A stretch of 64,000 nucleotides of DNA, from NCBI GenBank assembly GCA_963771355.1, contig CAVYTA010000006.1, positions 928,001-992,000 on the forward strand, written 5' to 3'. The position numbers were made by a program, and so were the translations under genes. The stretch's first letter is position 1. Each line of letters opens with the position of its first letter. Source of the stretch: an uncultured Candidatus Rokubacteria bacterium (lineage in GTDB: Bacteria > Methylomirabilota > Methylomirabilia > Rokubacteriales > CSP1-6). Shown in pieces: positions 50,518 through 58,887 of the stretch. The notes under the pieces are model-generated. The model saw only the letters and a program-made list of their open reading frames with translations, ran no database searches and was not told the origin of the DNA.

Positions 50518-51463
50518 GGCCGAGGAGCCGGAGGAAGGGCTCCAGGACGTGGAGGCATCCCTCGAGGGCCTGCTCGCCGCCGGCGGCGCCACGCTCACCG
50601 GCGGCCGTGAGTCGCGCGAGGCGGTGGAAAAGCACCGCGCCATCCTCGGCCTGTACCTGGACGAGATTCGCCGCATCAAGCTCCTCGATGCCGCCGGTGA
50701 GCAGGCGCTCGCCAGGAAGGTCCGTGCGGGCGACGCCGATGCCGAGCGACAGCTGGTCGAGGCCAACCTCCGGCTCGTCATCAGCCTCGCCCGCCGCTAC
50801 GTGCACCGCGGGCTCTCGCTACTCGACCTGATCGAGGAAGGCAATGTGGGCCTCCTCCATGCGGTGCGCAAGTTCGATCCTGACCGCGGCACGCGCTTCT
50901 CGACCTACGCCACCTGGTGGATCCGCCAGGCCATCACGCGCGCCCTCGCCAACCAGGCGCGCATCGTCCGGCTCCCGGTCCACGTGGAGCTCCTGCTCTC
51001 GCAGTACGTGAAGGCGCGCACCGCGCTCACGCAGGAGCTGGGGCGCGAGCCCACGCTGGTGGAGGTCGCCGCGCGGCTCGGCCGGACGCCCGAGCAGATC
51101 GAGGACCTCGAGCCCCTGCGCCAGCAGCGGACCCTGTCCCTCGATGCCCCCGTGGGCCGCGACGGCACGGGGAGCCTGCAGGACGTCATCCGCGATCCGG
51201 AGGAGCGACCAGGAGGCGGGCTTGCCGCGGCCCTGCGTGCACGCGCCGACTTGGCCGGCGTCCTCGCCGATCTGCCCGATCAAGAGCGCCGTGTCGTCAC
51301 TCAGCGCTTCGGGCTCGGCGGGGTCGAGCCGCAAACTCTGGAAGCTATCGGCAAGCAGTTGGGAGTCACCCGCGAGCGCGTCCGCCAGATCGAGGCGGCC
51401 GCGCTCAAGCGCCTGGGCGCGCTGCTCGCAGCGCGTGGCGTCGATCCGTCGGACCTTCTCTGA
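50504..51463 (+). CDS. Group 2 sigma70 factor, RpoS-like
   Basis: Region 1.2 [40 protein letters not shown]; no region 1.1; follows surE-pcm-nlpD-like genes. Confidence 0.88.
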   Translation: MKTSEAEEPEEGLQDVEASLEGLLAAGGATLTGGRESREAVEKHRAILGLYLDEIRRIKLLDAAGEQALARKVRAGDADAERQLVEANLRLVISLARRYVHRGLSLLDLIEEGNVGLLHAVRKFDPDRGTRFSTYATWWIRQAITRALANQARIVRLPVHVELLLSQYVKARTALTQELGREPTLVEVAARLGRTPEQIEDLEPLRQQRTLSLDAPVGRDGTGSLQDVIRDPEERPGGGLAAALRARADLAGVLADLPDQERRVVTQRFGLGGVEPQTLEAIGKQLGVTRERVRQIEAAALKRLGALLAARGVDPSDLL

Positions 51464-51472
51464 GAGGAGACC

Positions 51473-51829
51473 ATGGTCAAGAAGAAGCTGCCGCCTGCGC
51501 CACCGCCGTCGAAGCCCGCGCCACCACCCTCGAAGCTGCGCCGATCCGGGACCGCCCGCATCGTCAAGAAGGGCGGGCCCGCGCCGCACGTGCTCTTCAT
51601 CGTCGCCACCGACCAGCTGCGTGTCTATCAGCACCTGGAGCAGGAGATCGCCAAGCTCAAGAACGTCGAGCTCATCACCGACCGCCGCCGGAAGCCGCGC
51701 CGCCATCGCGAGGTAACCATCGCCGTGGAGCGCCGGCGCGACGACCGCCGCAAGCGGCCGGACGTGGAAAAGCAGCTCCGCCAGCTCGGCTGGTCGCTGG
51801 TGCGCACGGTGAAGATTCCCCCCAGCTGA
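51473..51829 (+). CDS. Hypothetical protein with DRR/ERR arginine-rich domain
   Basis: GAGGAG RBS, GC-biased codons, homologous to the N-terminus of the 63517 ORF. Confidence 0.75.
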   Translation: MVKKKLPPAPPPSKPAPPPSKLRRSGTARIVKKGGPAPHVLFIVATDQLRVYQHLEQEIAKLKNVELITDRRRKPRRHREVTIAVERRRDDRRKRPDVEKQLRQLGWSLVRTVKIPPS

Positions 51830-51845
51830 GGGGCAGGGAGGTGCC

Positions 51846-52340
51846 ATGTCCGAGCCCACGATGGAGGGCCTCGCGCGGCGGGTGGAACAGCTGGAGCGGG
51901 ACAACCGACGCTGGCGGCGCGGGGCGACCCTGGGCCTCCTGCTGCTCGTGAGCGGGGGCCTGCTCGGCCAGGCGCCCATCGTCCCCGGGGCCGCGAAGGC
52001 GCTCGAGGCCGAGCAGTTCAACCTGCGTGACGGGCGCGGCAATCTCCGCGGCTCACTGGGCGCCGCCACGGACGGCACCGCCAGCCTCGTCCTCTACAAT
52101 ACGGCCGGCATGCGCCAGGCCGGGCTCGGCGTCCTGCCCGACGGCACCGCCAGCCTGTTCCTCGGCAGTCCCGCCGGCCACACCGCGACCGAGCTCACGC
52201 TGTACCGCGACGGCACCCCCAGCCTGGTGGTGCGCGACCGCGCGGGCAAGACGCGCGTGCTCCTCGGTGCCGCCGCCGACGGCCAGCCTTTTATCTACTT
52301 CCTCGACGCCGCGGGGGCCAATACCTGGAAGGCGCCGTGA
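51846..52340 (+). CDS. Hypothetical membrane-anchored protein with 23-aa beta-repeats
   Basis: GGAGG RBS; coiled coil, TM segment, repeats DGT(A/P)SL at period 23. Confidence 0.75.
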   Translation: MSEPTMEGLARRVEQLERDNRRWRRGATLGLLLLVSGGLLGQAPIVPGAAKALEAEQFNLRDGRGNLRGSLGAATDGTASLVLYNTAGMRQAGLGVLPDGTASLFLGSPAGHTATELTLYRDGTPSLVVRDRAGKTRVLLGAAADGQPFIYFLDAAGANTWKAP

Positions 52341-52365
52341 GGGCGCGCACCAACGGTCGGTCCCC

Positions 52366-52420
52366 GTGATGGAGCGACGCGTCCTCCTGGCGATGGTCCC
52401 AGGTAGCCTTATCGCATTGC
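52366..52420 (+). pseudogene. Isolated 5' fragment (signal region) of the orphan ABC SBP family
   Basis: Encodes MERRVLLAMVPGSLIALPVA; shares CCCGTGATGGAGCGACGC with the copies at 53247 and 61118(-). Confidence 0.7.
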
Positions 52421-52453
52421 CAGTCGCCCCGAGGTGCGAAGGGAGGAGGACCG

Positions 52454-52708
52454 ATGCCATCGAAACGGAATCCGGCCCCACCAAAGAAGGCCCTGCGCAA
52501 GCCGCTGACCGAGGAGCGCGCCCGTGACGCGATCGCGCGCGAAGAGTCGATCCCCGGCGATAAGGTGCGCATGACTTTTCGCGTCGTGCTGGCGCGCCAG
52601 GACGCCGAAGCCCTCGCCGCCCGGGCGATCCGCGAGGAGAAGAACATCGTCACCCTGGTGACAGAGATTCTCGAGGCCGCCGCGGCGATGGGCCAGGGGG
52701 GTCCGTGA
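52454..52708 (+). CDS. Small hypothetical protein, possible ribbon-helix-helix C-terminus
   Basis: Strong GGGAGGAGG RBS; beta-strand RMTFRVVL followed by two helices. Confidence 0.6.
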   Translation: MPSKRNPAPPKKALRKPLTEERARDAIAREESIPGDKVRMTFRVVLARQDAEALAARAIREEKNIVTLVTEILEAAAAMGQGGP

Positions 52709-52871
52709 TCGCGACGACGCCGCTTACCGGGTGCAACATCACGCGCGTGACCTTTTGTCGATTTGTTCTCGAAACAGATGGAGTTGCTCAAGCAGGTAGT
52801 TGCAGGTCTCAAACGTGTGGCGTGAGGTAGTCCGCCTCGAGCAGCTCGGCCTGGAAGGGCAGGGTCGTGGT

Positions 52872-53147
52872 CTACGCTCCGGCTCGGGCGTGCGCCAGGC
52901 GGAGCCCTTCGTTGATCCGCGGTACGGCCCCGGGAGCCCGAACCCTCGCCAGGTCCAGCAGCTCGCGCGCCTCATTTTCCGTGCCGACGAATGAGAGGAA
53001 GGTCCCGCGAAGCGGTTGAGGTCGCTCGAGCCGAATGACGGCCTCGAGACGGGACAACAGACTCGACCCCGGATCCACCCAGGCGAGGAGCTTGACGAGC
53101 TCTTCCTGCGTGAGTTCCACGTCGACGGTCTTACCCGCGGTCGTCAT
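52872..53147 (-). CDS. Small hypothetical protein (paralog of 57004-57276)
   Basis: GGAGGG RBS; V..EL...E..LL and AP.AVP.I...L..A..R pattern shared with paralogs. Confidence 0.65.
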   Translation of the reverse strand: MTTAGKTVDVELTQEELVKLLAWVDPGSSLLSRLEAVIRLERPQPLRGTFLSFVGTENEARELLDLARVRAPGAVPRINEGLRLAHARAGA

Positions 53148-53249
53148 GGCCGTCCCTCCGGCGCTGCCTCGTCCGAGGAGTACAACACGCGTGGCCCACG
53201 TATTTAAACCCACGAAAGGTGTCTATGGCTCGGCGCAGAGGGAGGGCCC

Positions 53250-54239
53250 GTGATGGAGCGACGCACCTTCCTGGCGCTAGTCCCGGCGGGTCTCCTCGCC
53301 GCGCCGGTCGCGGGTGGCGCGCAGCTGGCCGCGAAGCTGTGGCGGATCGGGTATTTGGACCAGGGATCCCTAGTCAACAACCGGCTCTACGTGGACGGGC
53401 TCAGGCAAGGGCTGGGCGACCTCGGCTGGGTCGAAGGGCGAACCATCGTCATCGAGAGCCGGTTCGCCGAGGGCAAGACGGATCAGCTTCCCCGGCTCGC
53501 GGCCGAGCTCGTGCGCTCCAAGGTGGATGTGATCGTCACCTCGACCACCCCGGCGGCCCTGGCGGCCAAGCATGCCACCGCGACGGTCCCCATCGTCATC
53601 GGATTCGTGGCCGATCCGGTCGGGAGCGGCATCGTCGTCAGCCTCGCGCGCCCCGGCGGGAACATCACCGGGTGGACACACTCGGGCCGCGAGCTTCGCG
53701 CCAAGTACCTGGAGCTGCTCAAGGCCGCCGTTCCCAGCGCGACGCGCTTCGGTGTCCTCTGGAACCCGGCGAACCAGGTCCATCAACCCTCGATGCAGAA
53801 CATCGAAGCCGCCGCCCGGCAACTCAAGGTGGAGCTGCACCTGGCAGGCGCGCAGGAATCCAAGGAGCTCGAGCGCGCCGTGTCGGGGCTGATGGAGAAG
53901 CGCGTCCAGGCCCTCGTCGTCTTCCCCGACGGCATGTTCCAATCTCACACATCGCAGATCGTCGCGCTTGCGGCGCGACACCGGCTCCCCGCCGTGTACG
54001 GTCTCAGGGAATTCGCGGAGGCCGGAGGTCTGATGGCCTATGGGGCCAATGTGGCCACAATGCACCGGGAGCTCAGCGCGTCTCTGGTGGACAAGATTCT
54101 CAAGGGGGCCAGGCCGGCAAGCCTTCCCGTCGCGCAGCCGACCAAGTTCGATCTGCTGATCAACCTCAAGACGGCCAAGGCGCTCGGCCTGAGGATCCCG
54201 CCGTCGCTTCTGGCCCGGGCAGATCAGGTGATCGAGTGA
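53250..54239 (+). CDS. Orphan ABC transporter substrate-binding protein (ABC_sub_bind / PF04392-like)
   Basis: RRxFL twin-arginine-like signal, [49 protein letters not shown]. Confidence 0.9.
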   Translation: MMERRTFLALVPAGLLAAPVAGGAQLAAKLWRIGYLDQGSLVNNRLYVDGLRQGLGDLGWVEGRTIVIESRFAEGKTDQLPRLAAELVRSKVDVIVTSTTPAALAAKHATATVPIVIGFVADPVGSGIVVSLARPGGNITGWTHSGRELRAKYLELLKAAVPSATRFGVLWNPANQVHQPSMQNIEAAARQLKVELHLAGAQESKELERAVSGLMEKRVQALVVFPDGMFQSHTSQIVALAARHRLPAVYGLREFAEAGGLMAYGANVATMHRELSASLVDKILKGARPASLPVAQPTKFDLLINLKTAKALGLRIPPSLLARADQVIE

Positions 54240-54478
54240 TGGACCGCCGCGCGTTCCTTGCTGGTGCTGCCGGGCTCCTGGCCGCGCCGCTCGCCGCCGT
54301 GGCGCAGCCGGCGGGGAAGGTCTGGCGGATCGGACTCCTCGTCCCCGGCCTGCCGCCCGGCTGCGGCAGCGAACAGCCGACCAAGTTCGAGCTGGTGATC
54401 AATCTCAAGACCGCGAAGGCACTCGGCCTCACGATCCCGCCGTTTGTGCTTGCGCGGGCGGATCAGGTGATCGAGTGA
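54236..54478 (+). pseudogene. Internally deleted SBP copy (head fused in frame to tail)
   Basis: [34 protein letters not shown] joined via [10 protein letters not shown] to [35 protein letters not shown]. Confidence 0.8.
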
Positions 54479-54506
54479 CTGTGGCAGAACCGGACGCATC
54501 CGAACC

Positions 54507-55034
54507 GTGACCGATCAGGGTGTGGTCGTCCTCGGCATCCCAATCCCGTCGTCCTCTCCGTTATTCCTAAGCATCGTGGCGGTACATGTGGTCGCGGGCC
54601 TTATCTGTACCGTCGCGGGAATCGTGGCCATGCTGAGTCCAAAAGGTCCCGGCCGGCATCCGTCTGCAGGGACGCTCTACTACTGGAGTCTGGTGGTGGT
54701 CTTCCTGACCATGGCCGCCCTGTCCATCCTCCGCTGGCCAGCGAACACGCACCTCTTTATCCTAGGCGTCCTGTCATTTGTCGCCGGCGTAATCGGCCGG
54801 ATAGCAAGACGGTCCCGCTGGCCGAGCTGGCTTCCGGTGCACGTCACGGCCATGGCCGTGTCGTACATCGTGCTTCTCACCGCGTTCTACGTGGACAACG
54901 GGCCGCATCTGCCGCTGTGGCGTTCGCTGCCACCGCTGGCGCACTGGCTCCTGCCGAGCCTTGTTGGTCTTCCCATTCTGGTCTGGGTGCTGCGACGCCA
55001 CCCACTAATTCGGCGCGCTCGCAGCGTTCCGTAG
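54507..55034 (+). CDS. Multi-pass membrane protein (DUF2306-like)
   Basis: About five hydrophobic segments; HV.AG, KG...H, H...M..SY, TAF.VDN. Confidence 0.7.
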   Translation: MTDQGVVVLGIPIPSSSPLFLSIVAVHVVAGLICTVAGIVAMLSPKGPGRHPSAGTLYYWSLVVVFLTMAALSILRWPANTHLFILGVLSFVAGVIGRIARRSRWPSWLPVHVTAMAVSYIVLLTAFYVDNGPHLPLWRSLPPLAHWLLPSLVGLPILVWVLRRHPLIRRARSVP

Positions 55035-55171
55035 CCCTCCGTGAACCCTGAGGAGAAAAGGGCGGCTGCTGCTGACGGGCCAGACCGAATGTCGGTAGCG
55101 AACGTAGGCCTTGCGTGACTTGTCGTGCACCCGGCGTGGTTTGAAATGGCCTGGAATACCAGCCGTGCCTC

Positions 55172-55202
55172 TTGACACGAAATAGGATATTACTATAGTA
55201 AT
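55172..55202 (+). promoter_or_regulatory. Promoter with overlapping palindromic operator upstream of the XRE gene
   Basis: TTGACA 55172-77, TATAGT 55194-99, perfect palindrome ATTACTATAGTAAT 55189-55202. Confidence 0.65.
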
Positions 55203-55407
55203 GAGCCCACGGAAGAAGATGAGCGCGACGATTCGGAAGCTACGGGAGCGTCACAATATGACCCAGGCGGAGCTCGCTAAGAGGGTGAAGGTGACGCAGG
55301 GCTATATCTCGCAGCTTGAGGCCGGGACCAAGAAAGAACTGGGAGCGAAGGTTGCCCTGCGGCTCGCGGATGCTTTAGGCGTGCCAGTGACGGAGTTGTT
55401 GGGTTGA
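55201..55407 (+). CDS. XRE/Cro-like HTH transcriptional regulator (alternative start 55219)
   Basis: IRKLRE...MTQAELA..V.VTQGYISQLEAG...LADALGV. Confidence 0.9.
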   Translation: MSPRKKMSATIRKLRERHNMTQAELAKRVKVTQGYISQLEAGTKKELGAKVALRLADALGVPVTELLG

Positions 55408-55438
55408 GCAGAATTTGCGCAGAGTCCGCGGGGCCGCG

Positions 55439-55690
55439 ATGAGCCCTGACCTCGACGCCCGCGAGCTTCACCGCGTCATCACCGCTAGCGTGCGCGAGCT
55501 GCTCGAGACCGCCCGGCTCGAGGCGCAGGCCGGCCCGATGGACGTGGCCGAGATCGAGCGCCTCATCTTCCGCGCCGCCGCGCCCATCGTCCACAGCGTG
55601 TCGCCGTTGACCGAGGCGCAGCGCGGCGAGCTGCTCCCGAATATCGTCCGCGTCATGCTGGCGGCCTTCCTCGAGGCGCACGCGCGATGA
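55439..55690 (+). CDS. Small hypothetical protein; 3' part duplicated at 56413
   Basis: GC-biased codons; most differences from the duplicate are synonymous in this frame. Confidence 0.65.
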   Translation: MSPDLDARELHRVITASVRELLETARLEAQAGPMDVAEIERLIFRAAAPIVHSVSPLTEAQRGELLPNIVRVMLAAFLEAHAR

Positions 55691-55695
55691 CGGCC
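55542..55695. repeat. Repeat A, copy 1 (154 bp)
   Basis: Ungapped near-identity to 56413-56566. Confidence 0.9.
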
Positions 55696-55777
55696 ACCGC
55701 CCGACACTCTACGGCTTCAAAGACCCGGCAGGATCTCGCGCGGCAGCTCGAGGGGCCGGGAGAAACAGGAGAAGCAA

Positions 55778-56143
55778 ATGTTTGACGAACGGGAGCGGAA
55801 GTTACTCCGGGCCTTCTCGGACGTGGTGCGGTTCGAGATCGACGCGCTCCATGACCGCTATGAGACCCTGAAACTCAAAGAGCACGCGCTCCATCTAGCG
55901 CTCGTGCGCAAGGGTGTGCTCACCATCGAAGAGTGGAATAGCGCGGTCACCGAAGCGCGCGCCGAGATCGCCATCCAGCTGGCCACAGCTGACATCACGT
56001 CGGGGCGAGTCCAGGAACGACAAGCGGTTGCTGCGGATCTGGACATGTACTGGGCGGCTGCCCAAGAGCCCGACGGAGCATTTCTCCAGCCGGTCCTCCG
56101 TGTGCTCATCAAGATGCTCAACTTGCCGGAGGAGGGGCGATGA
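55778..56143 (+). CDS. Hypothetical protein (121 aa)
   Basis: AGGAG RBS, helical composition, L..KG.LT.EE motif. Confidence 0.65.
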   Translation: MFDERERKLLRAFSDVVRFEIDALHDRYETLKLKEHALHLALVRKGVLTIEEWNSAVTEARAEIAIQLATADITSGRVQERQAVAADLDMYWAAAQEPDGAFLQPVLRVLIKMLNLPEEGR

Positions 56144-56180
56144 TCGCCGCCATCTACGCCCGCAGGCGCACCGACCGAGG
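56140..56180 (+). pseudogene. Possible N-terminal stub of a serine recombinase
   Basis: MIAAIYARRRTD resembles the Y.R.ST catalytic N-terminus; ATGA-coupled to the upstream ORF. Confidence 0.45.
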
Positions 56181-56213
56181 AGTAGGGGAGGGAGCACGAC
56201 GACCCTACTTCTT

Positions 56214-56412
56214 CTCGCGAGCCCGCTTGAGCGCCCGCTCGATCGCGGGCAGCGCCTCCGGGGCGTGGACGAGCGCGAGAGCGCGCAAGCCGAGGGCGTC
56301 TGTCACGAAGCCGGTGAAGGGGTAGGGGCCCACCTTGCATTTGCGTGCGCTCGTCTCGGGCTCGACGACCCGGAGCAGACGGGCCGCTACGCGGGAACTG
56401 TTCCTTGCGTGT
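56214..56412. repeat. Repeat B, copy 1 (199 bp); 5'-truncated paralog of the minus-strand 57004 gene
   Basis: Ungapped similarity to 57010-57208. Confidence 0.9.
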
Positions 56413-56566
56413 ACGTGGCCGAGATCGAGCGCCTCATTTTCCGCGCTGCCGCGCCCATCGTCCACAGCGTGTCGCCGTTGACCGAGGCGCAGCGCGGCGA
56501 GCTGCTCCCGCATATCGTCCGCGTGATGTTGGCGGCCTTCCTGGAGGCGCAAGCGCGATGACAGCC
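56413..56566. repeat. Repeat A, copy 2 (154 bp), abutting repeat B copy 1
   Basis: Matches 55542-55695. Confidence 0.9.
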
Positions 56567-56622
56567 TGGCAAGATCCCACGCGGCTGCACGAGTGGTCGG
56601 GGGAGGAGCCGATCAAATGACG

Positions 56623-56886
56623 CTAGACGGGTTTGGTCCGCTCCAGCTCCCACGCCGCGAAGCACCGGAAGTGCAGGTGGTGCGTTTGCTTTCCGCCGAC
56701 GACTCTACGGAGATCGTCGAAGTGGATCTCCAGTGCCACCTGCTTGCTTGGAATCGTGACCTCGCAAACCGCGCAGAGTTCCCCGCGGCCCGGCCCGCCG
56801 TAGGTGCGATCGGCCGCCCGCCCGGGCAAGCGTCTGTGCGAAATCGCCACGCGCACCTTCTCGCGGAGAAGCAGCTCGTCAGACAT
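56623..56886 (-). CDS. Small CxxC...HxxC putative Zn-binding protein
   Basis: GPGRGELCAVC...LHFRCFAAW; paralog of 61422-61667. Confidence 0.7.
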   Translation of the reverse strand: MSDELLLREKVRVAISHRRLPGRAADRTYGGPGRGELCAVCEVTIPSKQVALEIHFDDLRRVVGGKQTHHLHFRCFAAWELERTKPV

Positions 56887-57003
56887 GTGGCTAGACATGT
56901 TGATAACCATAGTCGCGCTTCTTTTCGCCGAGCGCCAGAGCCAATGACGGACAGTTTTCGAGCTCTGCAAATAGAGAAATGCGGAACACTCTGCGCGTAT
57001 GGG

Positions 57004-57276
57004 CTACGCCTCGCGAGCCCGCTTCAACGCCCGGTCGATCGCGGGCACGGCGTCCGGGGCATGGACGAGCGCGATGCTGCGCAAGGCGAGCCCGTCCGTC
57101 AGAAAGCCGGTGAAGAGATAGGGGCCCCGCTTGCCTTTGCGTGCGCTCGTTTCGGGCTCGACGACCCGGAGCAGACGGGCCGCTACGCGCGAGCTGTTCC
57201 TTGCGTGTTTCAAGAGCACGAGGTATTGCGCCTCGCTCAGCTCGATCTGAACGGGCAGGGGCTTGGTGGTCGCCAC
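57004..57276 (-). CDS. Small hypothetical protein (contains repeat B copy 2)
   Basis: Protein frame conserved with 56205-56412 and similar to 52872-53147. Confidence 0.65.
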   Translation of the reverse strand: MATTKPLPVQIELSEAQYLVLLKHARNSSRVAARLLRVVEPETSARKGKRGPYLFTGFLTDGLALRSIALVHAPDAVPAIDRALKRAREA

Positions 57277-57344
57277 AGTGCCGCCGATAACAGCACGCCG
57301 TCTATAGCTCGTCAACCCATCGACCGAGAGCAGCAGGGGAGGGG

Positions 57345-58427
57345 ATGATGGCCAAAATCGTCACGCGCGTGTGGACCAGCCGCGGGCCCCACCGGCAAGA
57401 GGATCCGCCACGTGAGCTACGGCTATGACGTTCGGATCGACGGCCGGCGTGAACACACGGTATCAACCGAGTGGACGACGCAGGCCGAGGCGCTCGAGGC
57501 GCTCGGCAACCGGCTCAAGGATGCTGAGCACGGCAAGGTGAGCAAGCCCGCGGATGCCACGCTGGGCGCGCTGGTGGAGACCTATCTCCAGTAAAGGCCG
57601 AGAAACACAAGCGCTCGCTCCGAGAGGATCGCTGCATCCTGAAAACGCGCCTGCTGCCCGCCTTCGGCGCCGAGCTGCCAGCGCGTCGGCTCACCGAGCA
57701 GCTCATCGCGCAGTCGAGCGGCGGCGCACGGGGCAGTGAGTGTGTTCACCGTCGCTAACGAGCTCACGGTGCTGCGGCACATGCTGCGCCTCAGCCGTCG
57801 GTGGGGCTATCTCTCACAGGTGCCCGAGATCGACATGCCGAAGAAGCCGGAGGGGCACCGGCGGTTTTTGGACGAAGCCGAGATCGGGCAGCTCCTCACG
57901 GCGTGCCGCGAGTCGCGCAATCCCTACCTTCCCGCGATCACCACGCTCGCGCTGCACACGGGGATGCGCAAGGCCGAGATCCTCGGGCTCGAGTGGGCGC
58001 GCGTGGATCTCTCGACCTCGCGCCTGACGCTCTACAGGACGAAGAGCGGCAAGCCGCGCGGCCATCCCCATCAACCGCGCGGTATACGGCGCGCTGGTGG
58101 CGTTGGAGCCCGACTAGGCCCGCCGTGAGGGCCTCGTGTTCACGCGGCGCGACGGCGCGGCGTGGGGCAGATTCGCTCGGCCTTCGCCAAGGCCCTTGAG
58201 CGGGCCGGCATCAAGGGCTTCCCGTTCCACGATCTTCGGCACACGGCGGCGACCATCTGGTCATGCGGGGGGCGAGTCTCAAGGACGTGCAGGAGCTCCT
58301 CGGGCATTCCGATCTCAAGATGACGCAGCGCTATGCGCACCTCAGCCCGGCCTATCTCCGCGGAGCCGTGGATCGCCTCGACGGGCTCGCGGGTGGGCAC
58401 ATAGATGGGCACAAAGTGCTAAAATGA
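57345..58427 (+). pseudogene. Tyrosine recombinase/integrase, multiply frameshifted
   Basis: Fragments in different frames: TGMRKAEI (R), TKSGK (K), FHDLRHT, ELLGHS..MT.RYAH; premature stops near 57592 and 58115. Confidence 0.9.
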
Positions 58428-58495
58428 CCTCGACGCCGGACGCTGCGTCTCGCACGTCTGCGCAAGTGGTTGAAGTATCAGCCGCTGGTGGGGAC

Positions 58496-58572
58496 GCCCC
58501 CGTAGCTCAGTTGGATAGAGCAACAGTTTCCTAAACTGTGGGTCGCCTGTTCGATTCAGGCCGGGGGCACCA
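58496..58572 (+). tRNA. tRNA-Arg (anticodon CCT)
   Basis: GCCCCCG/CGGGGGC acceptor, ACAGT-TTCCTAA-ACTGT anticodon arm, TTCGATT T-loop, ACCA end. Confidence 0.96.
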
Positions 58573-58677
58573 CTTCCCACCGAATAGGAAGGCGTCTTTG
58601 ACACCTGAGCAGCGCAGTGAGCTTGTCCGGAAAGCAGCCCGGGCTCGCTGGTCGAAGGCGAAGCGGGCGAAGTAACG

Positions 58678-58887
58678 TCACCTCGGCTCAGCCGACCACA
58701 ACCGTTCGCACACCTCGATCTGCTGCGTCCACGTCGCGTGCAGCTCGCGGTGAACGACCGCGATCTCAGGATGGAAGTCCCGGTAGTGCTCCGGATCGTC
58801 ACCGCCGCACGGCAGACTCGGCGGGATCGTCTTCAGGTTCAGGCGTTCGTACCAGCCTCCGCAGCCGAACTCCGACCAGGGGATCAT
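58678..58887 (-). CDS. Small hypothetical protein
   Basis: ATG overlaps the stop of the upstream ORF (ATGA coupling); no recognisable motif. Confidence 0.35.
   Translation of the reverse strand: MIPWSEFGCGGWYERLNLKTIPPSLPCGGDDPEHYRDFHPEIAVVHRELHATWTQQIEVCERLWSAEPR

Noticed and set aside
57345..58427. Programmed frameshifting or sequencing error explaining the integrase breaks
   Set aside because: There are several independent indels plus stops while the 51 kb of housekeeping genes show none, so decay is the simpler explanation.
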